In this document: piece by piece, positions 9,557-19,491 of the stretch
How positions within the stretch are numbered: position 1 is the first letter of the stretch
Layout: every line of letters begins with the position of its first letter
Assembly: GCA_016432485.1 (NCBI GenBank)
Contig: CP066691.1
Location: forward strand, 516,709-580,708
Length of the DNA stretch: 64,000 nt
From: Candidatus Niyogibacteria bacterium
GTDB taxonomy: Bacteria > Patescibacteriota > Minisyncoccia > HO2-45-28
Direction: 5' to 3'
Program-made: the position numbers and the translations under genes
Notes under the pieces: model-generated
Database searches by the model: none
What the model was told of the DNA's origin: nothing
Seen by the model: only the letters and a program-made list of their open reading frames with translations

Positions 9557-10609
9557 TTACTTTTCTATTTTAACATTCGCTATTCGCGCCATTGAATCCG
9601 GGAACACGATTCCGTCATCAATCGCCCGTTTTGTATAGAGCACCAGAATATTTTTCTCCTCAAAATCAATCGGGATATCCGAGGGCTTTGCGCCGCCGAA
9701 TATTTTATCGGCTATCCTGGATGCCTGCTCGCCCGAAGCGGTAAGATCTCCGGCGTAACCGAAATGACCTCCGGTTGGCAAGTCCTCCAAAGGAGCCACC
9801 ATCGGAATTCTTAATCTGGAGGCCAGTTCGGTTTCCGCGGTCTCCTGCGCCTCAAAAAAATGACCGGCTATATGATATATGGCGTCAATATCTCCGGCTT
9901 TAATTTTGCTGGCAGTTTGATACCAGGCAGATTCAGCTCCCGGAGGAGCGGCGGTTGTTTTATATTCCACGATATCAAAGCCCTGTTTTTTGCCCTGGTT
10001 TTTTACTTCCTCCAAAAACTTATCTCCAACGTCCGGAACCACAAAACCGCTCCCGAAAACGCCGATTTTTTTAATGGCCGGATTTATCGCTCTTAAAAAT
10101 TCCAGATGTTTTTGCACTACCTCAACCAAATTTATTGAAATTCCGGTCGCGTTATTGCCGGAAGATTTAAAAGATTTTATAACGCCGTACGCCACCGGGT
10201 CATGGAATCTGGATGAAAATACTATCGGGATATCGCTTCCGGTCTCTTTCTCTATTTCCAATGCCGCCAGGGCTATATTTTCTTGAGTCGCGAATATCAA
10301 ATCCACTTTGCCTTGAATCAATTCTCTGGCGGAGTTTTCTATGTCAAGCGGCAAAGTCGGAGAAGAAGTAAAAACCCCTTTGTCCTCAAAAGAAACTTCC
10401 GCGTATCCCATATTCTTAAAACCCTCTTTAAAACCCTGAACGGCTTCTATGTGCTGTCTTGGAAAAATTATCCCTATTCTTTTCGGTTCTTTTAAGTGGG
10501 ACCTATCGGGGGCAAAAAATGGAAAGCCCCTTAATATCTGATAAAGGCCGAAGGCCACCGCCGCGACGATAATCGCCAGAATCAGGATGTTTAATGGTTT
10601 TTTAAACAT
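9557..10609 (-). CDS. ABC-type substrate-binding protein (ABC_sub_bind-like), paralog 1
   Basis: N-terminal TM, IPIVF, DPV..G, GNNATG, KIFGGAKPSDIPID. Confidence 0.85.
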   Translation of the reverse strand: MFKKPLNILILAIIVAAVAFGLYQILRGFPFFAPDRSHLKEPKRIGIIFPRQHIEAVQGFKEGFKNMGYAEVSFEDKGVFTSSPTLPLDIENSARELIQGKVDLIFATQENIALAALEIEKETGSDIPIVFSSRFHDPVAYGVIKSFKSSGNNATGISINLVEVVQKHLEFLRAINPAIKKIGVFGSGFVVPDVGDKFLEEVKNQGKKQGFDIVEYKTTAAPPGAESAWYQTASKIKAGDIDAIYHIAGHFFEAQETAETELASRLRIPMVAPLEDLPTGGHFGYAGDLTASGEQASRIADKIFGGAKPSDIPIDFEEKNILVLYTKRAIDDGIVFPDSMARIANVKIEK

Positions 10610-10640
10610 AATTTTTTATTGAGATTTTAATAATAAATTA

Positions 10641-10680
10641 AGGACTCTGCTCTATATTTCATTTTATAACGCGGAGTCCT
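10641..10680. repeat. Small intergenic inverted repeat
   Basis: aggactctgc-N20-gcggagtcct (9/10 complementary), no U-tract. Confidence 0.5.
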
Positions 10681-10685
10681 AAATA

Positions 10686-11939
10686 TCAAAAGTGTGGCTC
10701 TGGTTTTTTTAACCGCAATGCCTCGCGCGCGATTTCGCGGTCATCCCAAGGAATTTTTTGTCCATTTGGACCCATCATCCAGGGTTCGGCGCCCTTGCCG
10801 GTGATGATGACAACATTTCCCTCTTTCGCGTCCGAAATCACCCTTTCAATCGCCTCGCGTCTATCCAAAATTTTTCGGATTTCGGATTTCGGATTTCGGA
10901 TTTGAGAAAACCCAGCCGCAATTTCTTCCAGAATTGCGGCTGGGTTTTCGTCGTAGGGATCCTCATTCGTCAAAATTATTTCATCGCAAAATTCCGCGGC
11001 GATCTTGCCCATTTCCGGCCTCTTCCATTTATCTCTTCCTCCGCCGGCAGAGCCCAAAACGCAAATCAGCTTGTAGCTTGTAGCTTGTAGTTTGTAGTTT
11101 TTTACGGCTTCGTAAACTTTACGGAGCGCGTCTGGGGTGTGAGCGTAGTCCACAATAACCGCGAACGGCTCATGCTGGATGAATTCCATCCGGCCGGGCA
11201 CACCTTCAATTTTTTCGGCCGCGCGTTTAATAACTTCCGCCGGAATACCGAGGACTTCGGCTGTTTTTACGGCGGCTGCCAAATTGTAAAGATTGAATTC
11301 TCCCAAAAGTTTTTCGTTTTTCGGAGCGTCATTTTTTGAATAAGTTATTTTTTTATCGGCGTCGTATTTCAAAAAATGTTCGGCCGAGGGGTCATCTATG
11401 TTTACAATTATTGTTTTTGGCGTATCGGGTTTACGGAATGTTTTTGAAAGCCCGGCAAAAACTTTTTCTTTTGCCGCGCGGTATTTTTCAAATGAACCAT
11501 GGGATTCAATATGTTCGGGCGTGATATTGGTCAAAACCAAAATATCCCAATCAATGTTTTTATGCCGAAATTGCTTTACGCCTTCCGAGGTAATTTCCAA
11601 AACGGCGTGGGTCGCGGCGCTATTAAGCGCGCGACGCAGAAATTTTTGAAGAAAAAACTTTCCGGGCATAGTCATTTTCAGCATATTTTTCTCCATTTCA
11701 TCGCCGATACGGAAATACAGCGACGAGACCGAGGCCGCTTTAATATCCGCTTCCCTCAAAATCTGAAAAATAAATTCAACCGCGCTGGTTTTGCCGTTGG
11801 TGCCGGTAACGCCGATAACTACCATTTTCCGCGACGGCCGGCCGTAAAAAATAACGGCTAAAGCCGAAAACAGCCGGTGATAAAACGGCTGTAAAAAATT
11901 AAAAATCGGCGCGGGAATAATTTTTTTAAAAAATTTCAT
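10686..11939 (-). CDS. murE: MurE-family UDP-MurNAc-peptide ligase (short, lacks the N-terminal domain)
   Basis: GVTGTNGKT, EHIESH, VPGRME, DYAHTPD, EDP, GKG. Confidence 0.85.
   Translation of the reverse strand: MKFFKKIIPAPIFNFLQPFYHRLFSALAVIFYGRPSRKMVVIGVTGTNGKTSAVEFIFQILREADIKAASVSSLYFRIGDEMEKNMLKMTMPGKFFLQKFLRRALNSAATHAVLEITSEGVKQFRHKNIDWDILVLTNITPEHIESHGSFEKYRAAKEKVFAGLSKTFRKPDTPKTIIVNIDDPSAEHFLKYDADKKITYSKNDAPKNEKLLGEFNLYNLAAAVKTAEVLGIPAEVIKRAAEKIEGVPGRMEFIQHEPFAVIVDYAHTPDALRKVYEAVKNYKLQATSYKLICVLGSAGGGRDKWKRPEMGKIAAEFCDEIILTNEDPYDENPAAILEEIAAGFSQIRNPKSEIRKILDRREAIERVISDAKEGNVVIITGKGAEPWMMGPNGQKIPWDDREIAREALRLKKPEPHF
10873..10900. repeat. Heptamer tandem repeat (TTTCGGA)4 in murE
   Basis: Four exact units; encodes QIRNPKSEIRK. 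Confidence 0.9.
11071..11098. repeat. Heptamer tandem repeat (TTGTAGY)4 in murE
   Basis: ttgtagc ttgtagc ttgtagt ttgtagt; encodes NYKLQATSYKL. Confidence 0.9.
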
Positions 11940-12514
11940 TATTTCCCCCTCCCCAAAATATTAAGCGCGGATTTGATACGGTCGGAAACGCCCTTAACTT
12001 CGGGCGGAACTTTGTTTAGTGCCTCTCGCGCCTCACGTAAAGAATATCCGAGCGAGCGCAAAGCATCTAATGCGTCTTCTTCGTGACGGAATTCGTCAGA
12101 CCCTTCAACCCCCTTGCCCATTTTTTCGCGAAGCTCAATTACTATTTTTTCAGCGGTTTTGCGGCCGATTCCCGAAACTTTGGTCAGGTAAGAAGTTTCG
12201 CCCGCGGCTATCGCCCGTTTCAAAGTATCAACCGGCGCGATGCCCAAAACGCCGAGAGCTGTTCTCGGCCCCACGCCAGGCACATTATTCAGTGTTTCAA
12301 AAAGTTCCATTTCGGCCAAAGTCATAAATCCGTAAAGTTCCATCGCGTCTTCTCTGATGTAAAGAGAAGTGAAAATCTTGATTTTACCTTCGTTTTGTGA
12401 TAATTTTTGAAGCGTTTCGGGTGCGACAAAAACTTTGTAGCCGATACCACCCGCTTCAAGAATGACATAACGCAAACCCTTAAAAGTTATTTTGCCTTCA
12501 AGCGATATAATCAT
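11939..12514 (-). CDS. ruvA: Holliday junction branch migration protein RuvA
   Basis: GIGY, IRED..LYGF, GVGPRTA, GIGRKTAEKI..EL. Confidence 0.97.
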   Translation of the reverse strand: MIISLEGKITFKGLRYVILEAGGIGYKVFVAPETLQKLSQNEGKIKIFTSLYIREDAMELYGFMTLAEMELFETLNNVPGVGPRTALGVLGIAPVDTLKRAIAAGETSYLTKVSGIGRKTAEKIVIELREKMGKGVEGSDEFRHEEDALDALRSLGYSLREAREALNKVPPEVKGVSDRIKSALNILGRGK

Positions 12515-12557
12515 ATGCCAAATTTATACGAACATAAGTGAGTAAATAAATTTGAGC

Positions 12558-12586
12558 ATCCGCCGAAGCTTTATGCGAAGGCGGAT
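12558..12586 (-). repeat. REP-like hairpin of the CCGCCTTCGC..AAAGCTTCGGCGG family (intergenic copy)
   Basis: Reverse complement atccgccttcgcataaagcttcggcggat matches the element inside uvrB. Confidence 0.8.
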
Positions 12587-12605
12587 ATACACATATTATA
12601 CAATT

Positions 12606-14624
12606 ATGGACTTTAAATTACATTCTCCATATAAACCAGCCGGCGACCAACCGCAAGCCATAGAAAAATTGAACGCGGGGATAAACGCCGGAAAAAAATT
12701 CCAGACCCTTATGGGGGTTACCGGCTCCGGCAAAACTTTTACTATGGCGAGCATTATCGCGCGCTTAAATCGGCCGACGCTCGTGATTTCTCACAATAAA
12801 ACCCTGGCGGCGCAACTCTATCAGGAATTCAAAGAATTTTTTCCGGAAAACGCGGTTCATTATTTCGTCTCTTATTACGATTATTACCAGCCGGAGGCCT
12901 ATTTGCCGGCCACCGACACATACATAGAAAAAGACGCCAAAATAAACGATTTCATTGACCGTCTTCGCCACGCCTCAACCGAATCGGCGCTAACTCGGCG
13001 CGACTTCATCATAGTCGCTTCGGTTTCCTGCATTTACGGAATCGGCGACCCCGAAGAATACGCTAAAATCGCGCTGGAACTGAAAATCGGGAGAGTATTT
13101 AAACGGGGGGATTTTTTAAAACGCATGGCTGATATGCAATATGCCAGAAACGACATAGATAAAATACACGGGACTTTTTCGGTCAAGGGTGATGCGGTTG
13201 AAATCGTATCTCCCGATGGAGAGACAATAATACGCGTTGATTTTTTCGGCGACAAAATAGAATCGCTTTCCGAGCGCAAAAACTCTCCATTGTCTAATTC
13301 GCGCGAATTAGACAATAGAAAAATCTTCCCAGCCAAGCATTTCATCACGGAAAAAGAAAAGCTGGGTGTCGCGATAAAAAACATAAAAATCGAACTTGAC
13401 GAACGATTGGAGGAGCTCGGAAAAGCCGGCAAAATACTTGAGGCCGAACGGCTGCGTCAGCGCGTCAACTTTGATATGGAGATGCTGGAACAAACCGGCT
13501 ATGTTTCCGGCATTGAAAATTACTCGCGCCAGCTCTCTTTTCGTAAAGCCGGCTTGCCGCCTCAAACGCTTCTGGATTACCTGCCCAAAGACGCGCTTAT
13601 TTTTATTGACGAATCGCACATGTCCATGCCGCAAATACGCGGGATGTTTGAGGGAGATAAAGCAAGAAAACGGGTGCTCGTGGATTACGGATTTCGTTTG
13701 CCTTCCGCCTTAGACAACAGGCCGCTTAAATTCAATGAATTTGAAGAAAAAATCGGGCAAACCGTTTTTATCTCGGCGACCCCAGCCGATTTTGAAATAA
13801 AAAAATCCGGAGGGGAAATTGTGGAACAACTTATTCGGCCGACGGGACTTTTGGAGCCAAAAATAGAAATACGCCCCGCCTCCGCTTCCGCCTTCGCTAA
13901 AGCTTCGGCGGACAAGAAAGCTACGGCGGGCAAGCCCGCAAAGGGCCAGATAAAAGACGCCGAAGAAGAAATCGCAAAAGCGGCAAAAAATAACGAACGG
14001 GTTTTATTGGTTACGCTGACCAAACGGCTCGCGGAAGAAATAGCGGATTATTTGAGGGAAAAAAATATAAAAGTTGAATACCTTCATTCGGAGATCAAAA
14101 CAATAGAGCGTTCAAAAACATTGCAAAATTTACGCAAGGGCGATTTTGATGTGCTGGTCGGAATAAATCTTCTGCGCGAGGGGCTTGATTTGCCCGAAGT
14201 CGGACTTGTCGCGATATTGGATGCCGATAAAGAAGGTTTTTTAAGAAATTTTACTTCGCTGACGCAAACAATCGGACGCGCGGCGCGTCATCCTAACGGA
14301 AGAGCGATACTTTACGCAGACACATTAACCCTCTCAATTGAACGAACCATCAAAGAAACGGAGCGCCGAAGAAAAATCCAAGAGGACTATAATCGCATCC
14401 ATAAAATCACGCCTCAAGCGATTAAAAAAGAAATAAGGCCTCCGTTTTGGCTGGAAGAAAAAAGCCAAAAAGACGAATTGGCCGAAACCCTAAAACAACT
14501 GCAAAAAGAATTCCGCGACCCGGCGCGCGTAAAAGCCGAGCTTGAACGCCAAATGCTGGAAGCCGCCTCCGAACTTCGTTTTGAAGAAGCGGCTAAATTA
14601 AGAGACCTCTTGAAAATAATTTAA
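12606..14624 (+). CDS. uvrB: Excinuclease ABC subunit B
   Basis: [44 protein letters not shown]; start placed at ATG 12606. Confidence 0.98.
   Translation: MDFKLHSPYKPAGDQPQAIEKLNAGINAGKKFQTLMGVTGSGKTFTMASIIARLNRPTLVISHNKTLAAQLYQEFKEFFPENAVHYFVSYYDYYQPEAYLPATDTYIEKDAKINDFIDRLRHASTESALTRRDFIIVASVSCIYGIGDPEEYAKIALELKIGRVFKRGDFLKRMADMQYARNDIDKIHGTFSVKGDAVEIVSPDGETIIRVDFFGDKIESLSERKNSPLSNSRELDNRKIFPAKHFITEKEKLGVAIKNIKIELDERLEELGKAGKILEAERLRQRVNFDMEMLEQTGYVSGIENYSRQLSFRKAGLPPQTLLDYLPKDALIFIDESHMSMPQIRGMFEGDKARKRVLVDYGFRLPSALDNRPLKFNEFEEKIGQTVFISATPADFEIKKSGGEIVEQLIRPTGLLEPKIEIRPASASAFAKASADKKATAGKPAKGQIKDAEEEIAKAAKNNERVLLVTLTKRLAEEIADYLREKNIKVEYLHSEIKTIERSKTLQNLRKGDFDVLVGINLLREGLDLPEVGLVAILDADKEGFLRNFTSLTQTIGRAARHPNGRAILYADTLTLSIERTIKETERRRKIQEDYNRIHKITPQAIKKEIRPPFWLEEKSQKDELAETLKQLQKEFRDPARVKAELERQMLEAASELRFEEAAKLRDLLKII
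13875..13934 (+). repeat. Nested pair of 30-bp REP-like elements in frame within uvrB
   Basis: cccgcctccgct[tccgccttcgctaaagcttcggcggacaag]aaagctacggcgggcaag. Confidence 0.85.
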
Positions 14625-14644
14625 GAAGGGCTTATTATCTTTGT

Positions 14645-14914
14645 ATGCCAATAATCAAATCAGCCAAAAAAGCAATAAGGCAGACGGAAAGGCGGAGGCG
14701 CAGAAACATCGCCCGCAAAGACGCCGTAAGCGAAACCGTAAGAAATATCAAAAAACTTGTGGCCGATGGGAAAACGAAAGAGGCCTTAGCACTCTTGCCT
14801 CTGGCCTATAAAGCTCTGGATAAAGCGGCCAAAACAAATGTTATTCACAAAAACGCCGCCAGCCGCAAAAAATCACGCCTGACAAAATTCATAAAAAAAT
14901 CAGGCAAGCTCTAA
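14645..14914 (+). CDS. rpsT: 30S ribosomal protein S20
   Basis: MPIIKSAKK...LDKAAK..VIHKNAASRKKSRL. Confidence 0.97.
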   Translation: MPIIKSAKKAIRQTERRRRRNIARKDAVSETVRNIKKLVADGKTKEALALLPLAYKALDKAAKTNVIHKNAASRKKSRLTKFIKKSGKL

Positions 14915-15790
14915 AATCAGGCGCTCAAGGCCGGATTCCAGATCCGCGCTTCCTTCTCTTGAGTCCCGCCAAAGGGCGAATAGTTCGTCCCAGATTTTGA
15001 CAAGCTCTTCTTTTGAAAATCGCGAAAGGGCGGATAAACTTTTCTGTATGACAAACGGATGCAAACCTGTGCTCGACTTAATTTGAAAATTATTAAGGCC
15101 TTTTTGCTTTTCGGCCGAAACAGCAAGTAAGGTTTTAATCTGCCACCATAGTTTCCAGAACATTTCTTCGGCCGAAACTCCGCTTGCCAAATCAGCATAA
15201 AAATATTTATAGGCCTCGCGCCTTTTTTTAAGAGTAAACAAGTCCGTCAGACCAAAGGGGTTGTATAAAAATTTACGGACATCAATTTCTCCCCCCAAAC
15301 TTTTAAGCTCAAGGACTTGTGAAATGGTCCAAAGATTTGACTCAAAATCAGAACTTAAAAAACCGATTTCCTGTTCTGACAGAGCCAGCTCCCTGACTTT
15401 TGCCTCATTTATTATCCAGGCCTTTGTTTTGTCGGCCGAAAGCTTGTCCAATTTCAGCGTTTTTTGGGCGAATTTTGATATTTTTTTTACGAGTTTGCTG
15501 TCCGGTTTATTTTCCAAAATAATATAAACATTTTTGGACTCATGCATTTCTTTCGCGCGCTTCGTCAAAAAATCGGCGTGAACTTCCAAAAGCCCGTCAA
15601 AAACGGCGGCTGATTTTCGGCCAAAAAGATTTTGTCCGGCAATCAAGTCGGCTATTTTTTCTTCGTTTGAATTTTCCGGAGTAAGTCGGTGAATCTCCGC
15701 TCCCGGATCGCGGAAAACAAGATTCGCGGTTATTTCACGGACATTTTTTCTAGCCCTATATGAATCCTCTCCGTAAATTAAATACAGCAT
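14900..15790 (-). CDS. holA: DNA polymerase III delta subunit-like protein
   Basis: LYLIYGED, NLFG, GLHPFVIQK, LERLIL; next to rpsT. Confidence 0.8.
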   Translation of the reverse strand: MLYLIYGEDSYRARKNVREITANLVFRDPGAEIHRLTPENSNEEKIADLIAGQNLFGRKSAAVFDGLLEVHADFLTKRAKEMHESKNVYIILENKPDSKLVKKISKFAQKTLKLDKLSADKTKAWIINEAKVRELALSEQEIGFLSSDFESNLWTISQVLELKSLGGEIDVRKFLYNPFGLTDLFTLKKRREAYKYFYADLASGVSAEEMFWKLWWQIKTLLAVSAEKQKGLNNFQIKSSTGLHPFVIQKSLSALSRFSKEELVKIWDELFALWRDSREGSADLESGLERLILELA

Positions 15791-15797
15791 GCAACAA

Positions 15798-15818
15798 AAT
15801 TTCTAATTTCTAATTTCT
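15798..15818. repeat. Heptamer tandem repeat (AATTTCT)3 across the polA stop codon
   Basis: Three exact units plus a degenerate fourth. Confidence 0.8.
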
Positions 15819-18154
15819 AATTTTTCTAAATTGGCCCAGTTGGGTCCCGCGCTTAGTTCAACCTTTATCGGGACATCCGATTCCAAAACGCCTTCCATAA
15901 TTTCTTTGATTTTTTTGCCCGCGGATTTTAAAATCTCTTCGTCAACTTCAAACAAAAGCTCGTCGTGAATCTGCAAAATCATATTCGCTTTTCCTTTAAA
16001 ATTTTTATCTTTGTTTAACAAATCGTGAATCTTAATCATTGATATTTTAATCATGTCCGCGGCAGTTCCCTGGATAGGCATATTGACGGCCATTCTTTCC
16101 GCCTCGCGCCTGATAAACTCCAAATGCGAATTGATTTCCGGCAAAAGCCGTCTGCGTCCGAAAAAAGTGGAAACAAAACCTTTCTCGCGCGCCTCCTCAA
16201 CGATTTTTTGGGTATAATTCCTGACGCCTTCAAAGTCGCTGAAATATTCATGGATATAAAGCCCGGCTTCTTCCTGACTGATGCCCAAATTTTCAGCTAG
16301 GGCCCGCTTCCCCATGCCGTAAAGTATACCGAAATTTATTATTTTGGCCCGTCTTCTCATTTCGGGCGTAACTTCATTTTCTTTGACATTAAAAATTTCG
16401 CCGGCGGTGGCCGCGTGAATATCCTTTCCGGCCAGAAAAGCGTCTTTAATTTTTTTATCATCCGAAAGAATGGCTGCGATCCTTAATTCTATCTGGGAGT
16501 AATCCGCCGCCAGAAGAACTTTTCCGGCCGGCGCGTAAAATGCCCCCCGCACCTCGCGGCCGAGCTCCGTTCTGGCGGGAATATTCTGAAGATTCGGATC
16601 GCGAGACGCCAAACGGCCGGTTACGGTGCCGGTCTGCAGAAAAGTCGTATGCAGTCGTTTGTCGGAGCCGACCAATTTAGGAAGCGCGTCCACATAAGTT
16701 GATTTTAATTTCGCCAGCTCCCTGTATTTTAGAATTTCATCAATTATGGGATTTGAACCCCTGAGTTTCAAAAGTTCGGAAAATCTGGTTGATTTTTCGC
16801 CTCCTCCGGTTTTTTTAATGCCCCTGGCCTCAAGCCCCAATTTTTCAAAAATGATCCGGCGCAATTCTTTGGTTGAATTTATGTTGAATTTTTCGCCCGC
16901 GATTTTATGTATGGCCTCCGTAAGACGCAGAAGTTCTTTATCATATTTTTTGGAAAGCTCTTTTAAAATTTTAATATCAAGCGCGATGCCGGTTTCGCGC
17001 ATTTCCCACAAAACACCTATCAAGGGCAGTTCAATATCCTGAAAAATCTTGAGAAGTCCGGCCTTTTCCATCTCAAGTTTAAGCGACACGTAGGCTTCGG
17101 ACGCGTCTTTGACGCCCATTGATTTAACTACTTCCTCGGCTGAAACATTCAGACGGCGCGAATCCAAAAGCCAAAAAGCCAATTCTATTTTTGACGCAAG
17201 TTCGGCGTTTATTTTGCCTCTCTCTGTTTCTTCTTCTTTCCCGCCCGTCGCCTGAGAAATGCGTTGGATCAAGCTGGCAAAACCGAGTTCCCGAAAAAGA
17301 TTTTCAATCTCTTTCGGTTTAAATCCTGACCAGCGGGCTTTATCCAGGTCAAATTTAATTTTCGCGTCTTTACGAATAGTCGCCAATGTCTTTGAAAACA
17401 GGGCTTCTTCTTCGTTTTCAGCCAAAAGTTTTATTATCCGGTCTTTGATTCCGGCGGATTTTAATTTTTCCGGTTTATTTTTGGCTAAATCCAAAATATT
17501 TTCAAGGGAGCCGAATTTTTGGATTAAATCCTTGGCCGTTTTTTCGCCGATGCCTTTAACTCCGGGGATATTATCCGACGGGTCGCCGACCAGACCTTTA
17601 TAGTCCGGAACAAATTCCGGGCCGAAGCCGTATCGTTTTTCCACTTCTTTCTGGTTGTAAATAAATTCCTCCTTGCCTTTTTTCAAAGTATAAACTCGAA
17701 CTTTATCCCCGCTGACCAGCTGCAGGGTGTCTAAATCGCCGGAGGCAATCACAATATTTAAATCTTTGGATTTTTTATTTTTTTCGGAAACAGTCCCGAT
17801 TATGTCATCCGCTTCGTATCCGGCTTCTTCATAAACCGGAATGTTGAAAGATTTTAAAATTTCCCGCGAACGATTAAATTGCGGAATCAGTTCATCGTCA
17901 ACTTTGGCTCTCGTGGCTTTGTATTTTTCGAAAGCCAAATGGCGAAAAGTCGGCTCAGCCATATCATAGGCCGCGGCGATATAGTCCGGTTTTAACTCGC
18001 GGATTATTTTTAAAAGCATTGTTGTAAATCCGTAAAGCGCTCCGGTCGGCTCGCCCTTAGGAGAAGTAAAGGGCGGCAAAGCGTGATAAGCCCGATGCAA
18101 AATCGCGTGAGCGTCAAGAATCACAAGCAGTTTTTTGGTTTGTTTTTTGGCCAT
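15803..18154 (-). CDS. polA: DNA polymerase I (5'-3' nuclease plus polymerase; 3'-5' exonuclease region largely absent)
   Basis: EADDIIG, GDPSDNIPG, TGRLAS.DPNLQNIP, DYSQIELR, NFGILYG, QIHDEL. Confidence 0.97.
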   Translation of the reverse strand: MAKKQTKKLLVILDAHAILHRAYHALPPFTSPKGEPTGALYGFTTMLLKIIRELKPDYIAAAYDMAEPTFRHLAFEKYKATRAKVDDELIPQFNRSREILKSFNIPVYEEAGYEADDIIGTVSEKNKKSKDLNIVIASGDLDTLQLVSGDKVRVYTLKKGKEEFIYNQKEVEKRYGFGPEFVPDYKGLVGDPSDNIPGVKGIGEKTAKDLIQKFGSLENILDLAKNKPEKLKSAGIKDRIIKLLAENEEEALFSKTLATIRKDAKIKFDLDKARWSGFKPKEIENLFRELGFASLIQRISQATGGKEEETERGKINAELASKIELAFWLLDSRRLNVSAEEVVKSMGVKDASEAYVSLKLEMEKAGLLKIFQDIELPLIGVLWEMRETGIALDIKILKELSKKYDKELLRLTEAIHKIAGEKFNINSTKELRRIIFEKLGLEARGIKKTGGGEKSTRFSELLKLRGSNPIIDEILKYRELAKLKSTYVDALPKLVGSDKRLHTTFLQTGTVTGRLASRDPNLQNIPARTELGREVRGAFYAPAGKVLLAADYSQIELRIAAILSDDKKIKDAFLAGKDIHAATAGEIFNVKENEVTPEMRRRAKIINFGILYGMGKRALAENLGISQEEAGLYIHEYFSDFEGVRNYTQKIVEEAREKGFVSTFFGRRRLLPEINSHLEFIRREAERMAVNMPIQGTAADMIKISMIKIHDLLNKDKNFKGKANMILQIHDELLFEVDEEILKSAGKKIKEIMEGVLESDVPIKVELSAGPNWANLEKLEIRN

Positions 18155-18279
18155 TTATTATTTAATTGTAAAGAAAAATAACCCTCTCTACGAGGGGCTT
18201 GACTTTTTAACGGTAAAATGCTACTTATACTGTAGGCGTAAATTACGCAACACACGAACATTCACAAAAGGAGAGAGGC

Positions 18280-18894
18280 GTGAACAACACACAGCTAAAC
18301 AGAACTCTGGATGATTTTATGGCCAAAAAAGTGAAATCAGACCAAGAAAATCTCCGCGTCGAGGAACTTGAAATAGCTTCCGAAGCAAGAAAACGGTGGA
18401 ATATTGAAACCTTTTCGGACGAAGAATTTCTGAACCTTATGATCAAAAAGAGCGTCTCTGTCAGAGATGTTAAATCTATGCTATTTACCGAAAGAAAACT
18501 AAACGCCAAGAACCGCCTTAACCGTGACGAGGAAAAACACTGGTCAAGAATTAATTTTTCAGCCGCCGAAAACGTAAGGAAAAAACTGGTACTCTCGTCC
18601 ATGTCCAAAGCAAATGCTGTCGAATCTTATAAAACATGGCTGCGAGGTTTTTTGGAAAGAGGCGGACGATTAACGAATTCTTACAATTATCCAATGCCAA
18701 GCGTGTTTTTTGTGGCAAAGGAAGATTTCGTAATGATTCCTTTGTATGGCTCGTCTTCCATTAATGTCATAGTCCCGGCCAACATTCATTTTTTGGGCGG
18801 CTCACTTGGACACTCCGGTCTTTTCTTAACGGATAAATTCGAGGTTGTCGGCGGAACCGGGCGGGTCCCGATTTATAGCGATATCAGATTCTAG
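18280..18894 (+). CDS. Hypothetical protein (orphan cassette)
   Basis: 204-aa ORF, AAGGAG upstream, antisense to neighbours, hairpin plus T-run at 18914-18953. Confidence 0.7.
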   Translation: MNNTQLNRTLDDFMAKKVKSDQENLRVEELEIASEARKRWNIETFSDEEFLNLMIKKSVSVRDVKSMLFTERKLNAKNRLNRDEEKHWSRINFSAAENVRKKLVLSSMSKANAVESYKTWLRGFLERGGRLTNSYNYPMPSVFFVAKEDFVMIPLYGSSSINVIVPANIHFLGGSLGHSGLFLTDKFEVVGGTGRVPIYSDIRF

Positions 18895-18953
18895 ATCTTA
18901 GCTCGTTCAATTTGCCCTGCGGCTTTTTCAAGCCCGCGGGGTTTTTGTTTTTT

Positions 18954-19409
18954 TTACTTATTGCCAAACTCTATTCTTCTTTTGTTTTCGGAAATATGTT
19001 GGAAATTTATATCAAAATGGTCTTTGGGCAAAATTTTCGCGATGTGACGCGCCCATTCCACGACAATTATATTTTTTGGATTTTTAACAAGCTCTTTCCA
19101 GCCGAGGACCAAAATGTCTTTCGGTCTTTTGAGGCGATAAGCGTCAATATGCGCGAACAGCTTGTAGCTTTTAGCTGGTAGCTTATAGATTCTCATTATT
19201 AAAAAAGTCGGGCTTTGGATTTTGGAACGAATGCCGAGGCCCCGAGCAAAACCCTGGACGAAAGTCGTTTTCCCGCTACCTAAATCGCCCGAAAGCGCCA
19301 AAATTAAAGCGTGTTTTTGAAGACAAACTTTAATCAATTCGCCGGCCAAAATTTTGGCTATCTTTTGAGTTTCTTTCGCCGAATTTGTTTTAAAAGAAAC
19401 GCTGCTCAT
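18954..19409 (-). CDS. tsaE: tRNA threonylcarbamoyladenosine biosynthesis ATPase TsaE
   Basis: GDLGSGKTTF, SPTF, HIDAYRL, VEW. Confidence 0.95.
   Translation of the reverse strand: MSSVSFKTNSAKETQKIAKILAGELIKVCLQKHALILALSGDLGSGKTTFVQGFARGLGIRSKIQSPTFLIMRIYKLPAKSYKLFAHIDAYRLKRPKDILVLGWKELVKNPKNIIVVEWARHIAKILPKDHFDINFQHISENKRRIEFGNK
19159..19186. repeat. Degenerate heptamer repeat (AGCTNNT)4 in tsaE
   Basis: agcttgt agctttt agctggt agcttat; encodes YKLPAKSYKL. Confidence 0.8.
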
Positions 19410-19448
19410 TAAACCAATTTTATCGAAAATTTAGGCAAATATAAAATA

Positions 19449-19486
19449 TCCCGCCAAACAGAGCTTACGAGCTCTGTCTAGCGGGA
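19449..19486 (-). terminator. Hairpin downstream of the orphan lipoprotein-like gene
   Basis: tcccgc..acagagc/gctctgt..gcggga followed by a T-rich stretch on the minus strand. Confidence 0.6.
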
Positions 19487-19491
19487 CGTTT

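Noticed and set aside
12529-12543. LexA box between ruvA and uvrB (cgaacataagtgag)
   Set aside because: Only one half-site matches CGAAC-N4-GTTCG
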